IMG/VR virus record: IMGVR_UViG_3300035670_000024
DNA: 64,000 nucleotides
DNA from: a virus
Direction: 5' to 3' (one strand)
The first letter of the stretch is position 1; each line of letters starts with the position of its first letter. This document shows positions 58,262 through 64,000 of the stretch, in pieces. The position numbers and the translations under genes are program-made. The notes under the pieces were generated by a model. It ran no database searches. It was not told the origin of the DNA and worked only from the letters and a program-made list of their open reading frames with translations.

Positions 58262-59552
58262 TGAATTTTTCCACAATAGTATCAATATAATCAATCATTT
58301 TTTCATTAATAGTAGGAGAACATCCAAGAAAAAATACTTTATCCAGAACTTCGTTTGACTTTGGATATTTAGTCGCATCATCTAAATGCTTATACCCAGG
58401 ATGAAGAAGAATATTGCCAGCAAAATAGTTTCTGGTTTGAATCTTATTTTTTTCAAAATGAGAAACTAATGCTCTTTTTAAATTCTTATTTTCGCAAATA
58501 ATCGGAACTCCAAACCAACTTGTTTCAGATTCCTTTTTTTCATTAATTACTCTTGTTTCAGGAATTCTTTCAATTATACTTTGAATTTTTTCTTTATTTT
58601 TTCTGCGAATATTATGAATTTCATCAAATTTTAAAAGTTGAACAGATCCCACCGAACCCTGAAGATCTAGTGGTTTTAGATTATATCCCATATTAGAAAA
58701 AACATACTTATGATCAACAATATCTTCATAATTTTCCAACCAAGTATCAAACCTCTTTCCACATATTCCATTAGGAAGAAGGTTTTGTTGGCCAACACAA
58801 TAACACCCACGTCCCCACCAAGCAAAACTACGAGCAAGGTCAATAATTCCTTTTTCGTTAGAGGAAACCATTCCGCCTTCAATTGTACAAATATGATGAG
58901 CAGGATAAAAAGAGCAAGATGCTGCAATAGCATTTTCAGTTAAATATTCGCCTTTCCACTTACTTCCAAGACTATCGCAATTATCGGCAATCAAATGAAT
59001 ATTATTTTTTTTACAAATTTCAATAATCTTATCAATATCATAAGGATTTCCAAGAACAGGTGAAGATATAACTGCTCGGGTTTTACTAGTAATTTTATCA
59101 CTAACCTGATCTAAATCCCAATTTAAATCCTCCCAATCAATATCAACAAAAACTGGAGTTAATCCGCATTGAACAATAGGTGCAATAGTAGTAGCAAATC
59201 CACAAGCACAAACAATTATTTCATCACCATCATTCCATTTAAAATATTTTTTAAGAGCAGCAAACATTACAAGATTAGCAGAACTTCCAGAATTCACCAT
59301 TACTGAATGTTTAAAATTAAATTTTTTTGAAAATTCATGCTCAAATTTATTAACTTTTTCTCCAGAAGAAAGCCACTTTCCCTTTAAAATGGAGTAAATA
59401 ATCTCTCTTGCTTCAAGTTCATCCCAATAAGGCCCAGAATAATATACACTGTCCTTACCTTCAATAAACTCTTTTTTATTTGCAATAAATGGAAAAATAT
59501 CTCCATCTATATTTTTTGCAGATTCTATAAATTTGTCAATTAATTGGTACAT
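58254..59552 (-). CDS. DegT/DnrJ-family PLP enzyme, RfbH/DdhC (E1 3-dehydrase)-like
   Basis: VNSGSSANL, DNCDSLGS, SFYPAHHI..EGG (His at the Lys position), GRGCYC..C, YNLK. Confidence 0.8.
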   Translation of the reverse strand: MYQLIDKFIESAKNIDGDIFPFIANKKEFIEGKDSVYYSGPYWDELEAREIIYSILKGKWLSSGEKVNKFEHEFSKKFNFKHSVMVNSGSSANLVMFAALKKYFKWNDGDEIIVCACGFATTIAPIVQCGLTPVFVDIDWEDLNWDLDQVSDKITSKTRAVISSPVLGNPYDIDKIIEICKKNNIHLIADNCDSLGSKWKGEYLTENAIAASCSFYPAHHICTIEGGMVSSNEKGIIDLARSFAWWGRGCYCVGQQNLLPNGICGKRFDTWLENYEDIVDHKYVFSNMGYNLKPLDLQGSVGSVQLLKFDEIHNIRRKNKEKIQSIIERIPETRVINEKKESETSWFGVPIICENKNLKRALVSHFEKNKIQTRNYFAGNILLHPGYKHLDDATKYPKSNEVLDKVFFLGCSPTINEKMIDYIDTIVEKFNA

Positions 59553-60358
59553 AATTCTTGAATGATTTCTTTTAATGAAATTGACTGAACGAATCCAAGT
59601 TCTTTTAACCTACTTGTATCAAACCAAAAATCTTTTGCTTGTACAATTTTATGGAACCTGGGCGCTTCTTTTGATTTTATTTGAGACTGAGAATTTAAAT
59701 TTCGTTTTGCCTGATATATTATATCACCAATAGACACTGGTTGTCCACTGCCGACATTATATATTTCATTTACTTTTCCCTTATCGCATATGAGTTTTAT
59801 TGCTCTACAGACATCATCAACATGCATTACATCTCTTATTGGAGTACCATCATCATACAAATATACATCTTCATTCTTCTTCAACAAATCTATCATATAA
59901 GATAAAGCATTTTTTTTATTTGATCTATTATTGTCCTCTTTGCCAAGAACATTACAAAGTCTCATAATTTTATAATTAACTTCATAAGTTTTACAAAAAG
60001 AAATTAATAGATCCTCAGCTGCCTTTTTAGTAATTGAATAAAATCCAGTTGGATTACATTCAGATTCTTCCTTTGCAGGAAGATTTGTGTTTCCATATAC
60101 AAACCAAGAACTTATAAAATTAAAAGTAATTTTATTGTCTCTACAATGATCCAAAACTTCACACAAGACTTTTAAGTTTGTATTTACATCCAATGTAATA
60201 TTCGTATGAATATTATAATTATCGGTGGTTGATATGAAATATAAAATGTCTTTTGTTTTAGGTTTTCTCTCTTCTCTTTCTTGCCTAACAATCATATCTG
60301 GATATAAATTACAAAATTTTCCTCCAATAAATCCAGAAGATCCATATACGGTTAACAT
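59540..60358 (-). CDS. NAD-dependent epimerase/dehydratase
   Basis: GSSGFIG, SSWFVYG, YSITK (YxxxK), RDVMHVDD, YNVGSG. Confidence 0.88.
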   Translation of the reverse strand: MLTVYGSSGFIGGKFCNLYPDMIVRQEREERKPKTKDILYFISTTDNYNIHTNITLDVNTNLKVLCEVLDHCRDNKITFNFISSWFVYGNTNLPAKEESECNPTGFYSITKKAAEDLLISFCKTYEVNYKIMRLCNVLGKEDNNRSNKKNALSYMIDLLKKNEDVYLYDDGTPIRDVMHVDDVCRAIKLICDKGKVNEIYNVGSGQPVSIGDIIYQAKRNLNSQSQIKSKEAPRFHKIVQAKDFWFDTSRLKELGFVQSISLKEIIQELCTN

Positions 60359-61290
60359 AAAATATCTATAGAATCACTAACTATTTTATCATAAAAATTT
60401 TTAACATCCAAATCGTCAAGATTAATTTTTTGAATTTGATCAAAAAGATGTTGATTTGAACTAAGAAGATCTTCAGTCACTTCTGAGTAATCATTCACAA
60501 AAAGAACTGGATAATCTTTAAGTAAGTATTCCAAGTAAGAATTCTTTTTCATAATAGGAACTCTTCTCATATAAAGACATTCCCAATTACGATGGCAATC
60601 AACTGCATTTCCAATCGGACATATCATAAATTTTGATTTTTTTAATGAAGACAGATATTCATAATAATCAACACTTTGAAATTGAACTTTTGCCCAAGAT
60701 TTATCTAAAAATATTTCCTTTATTCCAGATCTCTCTTTTGGATTGGTATGATCACTATGATTAACATAAAGAACTTGCTCAATGGAAATTTCATCTGAAA
60801 ACATAAAATCTAAGAGGATTTGCTTTCTATTATCCCCAGTATGCAATTTTCTTTGAATACCGTAAGGAATTGGATTGACTTTTCCACCAAAACTTATTGC
60901 ATTTACAGCATTTACACTTAAAACATTATCTGGAATTCTATCAAAGATAAACTTATCAATTGGAGTATCTTCTAAGTTTGTAAAAATAATAAATTTTTTT
61001 TCTGGAAACTTTGAGCACAAACTTAAAAGATCACTATCCTCCATTAATGAGTTCACATAGGATTTATCCTGAGGTTTTACATTTTCAATTTCTCTTTTAT
61101 AAAGTCTTATGTTATCAATAAAAAGAGTCATGTACTTTTTATCTTCAAACAAGACTCTTTCGGCAAATTCTAAATTTAAAAGATTTGCAGACTTGATGAA
61201 ATGATTCGGAATATTTCCAAAACTTCCAGATTGATCTCCAAAAGAATAGTCACACAAATTTGAAATACTAACCCCATCAATTAAATTCAT
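60352..61290 (-). CDS. Exostosin (GT47)-like protein
   Basis: SKFMICPIGNAVDCHRNWECLY..VPI. Confidence 0.65.
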   Translation of the reverse strand: MNLIDGVSISNLCDYSFGDQSGSFGNIPNHFIKSANLLNLEFAERVLFEDKKYMTLFIDNIRLYKREIENVKPQDKSYVNSLMEDSDLLSLCSKFPEKKFIIFTNLEDTPIDKFIFDRIPDNVLSVNAVNAISFGGKVNPIPYGIQRKLHTGDNRKQILLDFMFSDEISIEQVLYVNHSDHTNPKERSGIKEIFLDKSWAKVQFQSVDYYEYLSSLKKSKFMICPIGNAVDCHRNWECLYMRRVPIMKKNSYLEYLLKDYPVLFVNDYSEVTEDLLSSNQHLFDQIQKINLDDLDVKNFYDKIVSDSIDILC

Positions 61291-61884
61291 TTATTTTTTA
61301 ATTCCCCAAAAATATAAATCTTCACATGGATTAATGTAAGTTCTCATATTCTTTATGAAATCTGTAGGATTATCATAATCCACTGTACTATGAAATTCAT
61401 ATTCAGAAAATACATCATCAAATGACTCTTCAAAGGATTCTCTAAAATCTTGTTCATCAAGATTTTGATAATATTCCCACCCAATATCTATAGTTAATGG
61501 AGAAGAACCTTTATCAGATCTAGAAGTTCCATGTTCTTTTCTTCCTGTAGTAGCGCAAGTGAAAAAAACTAATCCTCCAGGTTTGCACATTCTTACCATA
61601 TTAGCAAATGTCTCTGCCCAATATGGATTATGCTCAAAGCATTCTCCAGAAGCACACACATCAAAAGTATCATCGGGAGCATCATATTCTTGACCTTGAA
61701 TAACTAGATCAACACCCTTTCCTTCCCCAACATCAATACCTAAGTAATCGCAATCCGAAAAAAACGATCTCATACTTCCATTAATATCCAAACTTCCAAC
61801 TTCTAAAACTTTTACATTTTGGAAAAAATTTGGAAATTTATTTCTAACATATACAATAAAATCTTTCTGCGTACTATGTGCCAT
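61291..61884 (-). CDS. Class I SAM-dependent methyltransferase
   Basis: VLEVGS, YLGIDV, FDV..ECFEH..MVRMCKPGG. Confidence 0.85.
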   Translation of the reverse strand: MAHSTQKDFIVYVRNKFPNFFQNVKVLEVGSLDINGSMRSFFSDCDYLGIDVGEGKGVDLVIQGQEYDAPDDTFDVCASGECFEHNPYWAETFANMVRMCKPGGLVFFTCATTGRKEHGTSRSDKGSSPLTIDIGWEYYQNLDEQDFRESFEESFDDVFSEYEFHSTVDYDNPTDFIKNMRTYINPCEDLYFWGIKK

Positions 61885-61885
61885 T

Positions 61886-62461
61886 TTATTTCGTTAATTT
61901 TAAAATATACAAACCATTTTTCCAACGATTTAATAAGTCCTCGTATTTTTGAACTCCAGACATATTAAATGATTCAGATTTACTATATCCAATAGACTTT
62001 GACAAGTCTACCAATGGACTAACCCATTCGGGATCAATAACATCTTCAACAATTAGAATTCCACCATCTTTAATTTTAGAATAATATTTTTCAATTACAT
62101 ATACAAAAGATTCATATGTATGCATTCCATCATCAATAATAATATCAAAATAAGAATCTTGAAATAGATCCAATGCCTTTTGAGAATACATGTCAATTTT
62201 ATAACATGTTGTATTTTCAATTGGACTAAAATTCTCTATTTCTCCACCATAAACATTAGAATCAGGATGAAAATATTCTTTCCATATTTTAATAGAACCT
62301 CCCCCTCGTATTCCAATCTCCAGAATATTAATAGGAGTTTTTGTATAAGGTTTTAATTGATTTTCGTAAAAATGATCATAATATCCCAATTGATACTTAT
62401 CAGTACAATATTGCCCACTTAAGTATATTTCAGACAATGACTTTTTTTTCTTTCGCGGCAT
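61886..62461 (-). CDS. SAM-dependent sugar O-methyltransferase-like protein
   Basis: TDK, ILEIGI..GGS..WKEYF, FDIIIDDGMH, GGILIVED. Confidence 0.8.
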   Translation of the reverse strand: MPRKKKKSLSEIYLSGQYCTDKYQLGYYDHFYENQLKPYTKTPINILEIGIRGGGSIKIWKEYFHPDSNVYGGEIENFSPIENTTCYKIDMYSQKALDLFQDSYFDIIIDDGMHTYESFVYVIEKYYSKIKDGGILIVEDVIDPEWVSPLVDLSKSIGYSKSESFNMSGVQKYEDLLNRWKNGLYILKLTK

Positions 62462-62534
62462 AACAAATTCTCCACATTTGTTTAATTTGTATTATTAATT
62501 ATACAACTTATAAATTGACATTTTATACTATACT

Positions 62535-62563
62535 AAAAAAGATGGGTTTATGCAACCCATCTT
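62535..62563 (-). terminator. Intrinsic terminator after the structured RNA
   Basis: AAGATGGGTT-GCATA-AACCCATCTT followed by a T-run. Confidence 0.75.
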
Positions 62564-62570
62564 ATGTAAC

Positions 62571-62700
62571 TCAGGCTCGCCACCAATTCTTTATCTGGAA
62601 ATTGGAAACCAGGCGGGGTTCTTCCCATCCACACCAGTCGGCATATTTAATGTCCATCCGACGAGGACAAATCAGGGTTCATACTTGACTCCACCACCTA
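62571..62700 (-). ncRNA. Structured RNA resembling the cyanophage manA/wcaG motifs
   Basis: GC-rich intergenic stretch; two H-type pseudoknots; repeated TGGTG; upstream of sugar-modification genes. The family assignment is from memory. Confidence 0.6.
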
Positions 62701-62937
62701 GTTTACAAACAAACTAGGAAAGGAAACTTGAATGAGTTTTGGAACTTCAATTGCAGCATAAAAAGCGCACAATACTAAAATGTCCCAAAATTTATATTTA
62801 ATTGCAAATGGAATAACAAGAATGTTACCTATACATTTAACAATTAATCCAAGTTGAAGATCTCCCCAGAGAAGGAAGAAGTAACCAGTTAAAAGTAGAA
62901 TGTTACCAATGTATCTGAGGAAATTGGGATTTGGCAT
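62698..62937 (-). CDS. Small membrane protein (79 aa)
   Basis: ORF track; two to three hydrophobic helices. Confidence 0.65.
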   Translation of the reverse strand: MPNPNFLRYIGNILLLTGYFFLLWGDLQLGLIVKCIGNILVIPFAIKYKFWDILVLCAFYAAIEVPKLIQVSFPSLFVN

Positions 62938-62963
62938 AAGGGTTTTGCTTCCGACCAGTTCTG

Positions 62964-63212
62964 TTATAGACCATCCGTGTCTTCATCATCTTTTATATAG
63001 CAAGGAACCCTATCTGGGTCTAACCATTTAGCATACTCAATGTCTTCCATTGCTAGAGAACACTGCATACCATTATCAAAAAGATAAATGTCATACCAAC
63101 GCTTAGTGTAATAATTCTTTTTTTGTAAGCGAAAGTCAGGTTTTCCATTGATCTCTAGAATACCCGCTTCAACAAAACGATAACCTTCTCGTTCAAAAAG
63201 AACCTTAGTCAT
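62964..63212 (-). CDS. Conserved hypothetical protein
   Basis: ORF track; coupled to the upstream gene. Confidence 0.65.
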   Translation of the reverse strand: MTKVLFEREGYRFVEAGILEINGKPDFRLQKKNYYTKRWYDIYLFDNGMQCSLAMEDIEYAKWLDPDRVPCYIKDDEDTDGL

Positions 63213-63424
63213 CAGACCTCTACAGTTTCAAGATCATTATAAATGTATTCCATCAGGATTTCATAATCATCCATAGGATCACCAGAAAATACTACACCTT
63301 CATTTTCATAATAACGACGAACTTTTTTATAAAGTTTTGGATTTTTTACATCCAGATAAATGTCGCCATTAGCGGCAGAACGAAGTGTTTGAATGTCTTT
63401 TTTAAATTTGGAAGTGAGAGTCAT
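63212..63424 (-). CDS. Conserved hypothetical protein
   Basis: LDVKNPKLYKKVRRYYENEGVVFSGD; TTGACA-17-TATACT upstream. Confidence 0.65.
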   Translation of the reverse strand: MTLTSKFKKDIQTLRSAANGDIYLDVKNPKLYKKVRRYYENEGVVFSGDPMDDYEILMEYIYNDLETVEV

Positions 63425-63497
63425 TGCTTTTCAAGTTGACTTAGTAAGTATAGGGTCTTAATGCCTTTCTGTCAAGTGTGACAATTTTCTAAGTGTC

Positions 63498-63710
63498 TCA
63501 GCATCCGTCGCCGTGCTCAGTATGAATACGAATGATCTCATCAAGTTCTTCGCAATCATCTTCGCTACAAGGAACTAACACAGCATCTCCATAATCACTT
63601 CTTATAACAAATGATTCTCCATTTTCTACTCGTTCAATGAGTTCATCAAAATGAAGTTGAAATTCTTCTACGGTAAAACTTTCCATTTTTTGTAAAACTT
63701 TTGATGTCAT
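63498..63710 (-). CDS. Phd/YefM antitoxin-like protein
   Basis: FTVEEFQLHFDELIERVENGESFVI..AVLVP pattern; acidic tail. Confidence 0.55.
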   Translation of the reverse strand: MTSKVLQKMESFTVEEFQLHFDELIERVENGESFVIRSDYGDAVLVPCSEDDCEELDEIIRIHTEHGDGC

Positions 63711-63744
63711 TTTTAATAATTTAGTAAAGTTTCGTTTTTATGAG

Positions 63745-63815
63745 TCGGGATGGAAGGTACTGCCCCCTCTTCGCCGCTTCCCAAAAGCGGAGTTATACTT
63801 TTCTACTACACCCCG
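63745..63815 (-). tRNA. tRNA-Pro(UGG) with atypical D and T loops
   Basis: CGGGGTG/CATCCCG acceptor stem; CCGCT-TT-TGG-GA-AGCGG; T-arm GAGGG-GGCAGTA-CCTTC; own TTGACA-17-TATTAT promoter. Confidence 0.75.
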
Positions 63816-63852
63816 ATACCTCTATGTATAATACCAAATGGTATCAGATTTG

Positions 63853-64000
63853 TCAATTACCAATTTCAATCATATTCTTAAGAATCCAAATCGCATGAAC
63901 AATACCAAATGTAAAGAAAAATCCAATCACACCACTTATATACCCAACACGAACTTCGTGCTGCCGTATTTTCTTATCTATAAGTTTTGCAATTTCATCC
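63853..64000 (-). CDS. Partial small membrane protein (start outside the window)
   Basis: ...IRQHEVRVGYISGVIGFFFTFGIVHAIWILKNMIEIGN*. Confidence 0.5.
   Translation of the reverse strand, partial: DEIAKLIDKKIRQHEVRVGYISGVIGFFFTFGIVHAIWILKNMIEIGN

Overview
A 64 kb, AT-rich segment of a T4-like cyanophage (cyanomyovirus), almost all encoded on the minus strand. Left to right it holds: two very large virion/fibre proteins; four tRNAs; a baseplate/tail module (gp5 and associated ORFs, cp12, a hub protein, three paralogous tape-measure-like proteins with muralytic domains, gp51, gp26, gp54-like, and plus-strand gp4, gp48, gp53); replication and late-transcription genes (gp32, gp59, gp33, exonuclease, phoH, thyX, speD, glutaredoxin); a photosynthesis cassette (psbA split by a 258-nt group I intron, psbD, two free-standing endonucleases); a peptidase/lysozyme pair; two hli genes; a cyanobacterial porin; an 11-gene sugar-modification island; a structured RNA; and an atypical tRNA-Pro. 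The two strongest signals missing from the ORF track are (1) a probable programmed -1 frameshift (A_AAA_AAG plus an H-type pseudoknot) fusing a C39-like peptidase to a lysozyme, and (2) a unit made of an NtcA box, a promoter, a glutamine riboswitch and two peptides (one with the DUF4278/IF17 LTYRGxxY motif), which resembles host gifB control of glutamine synthetase. All family calls come from motif recognition and synteny by eye; no searches were run.
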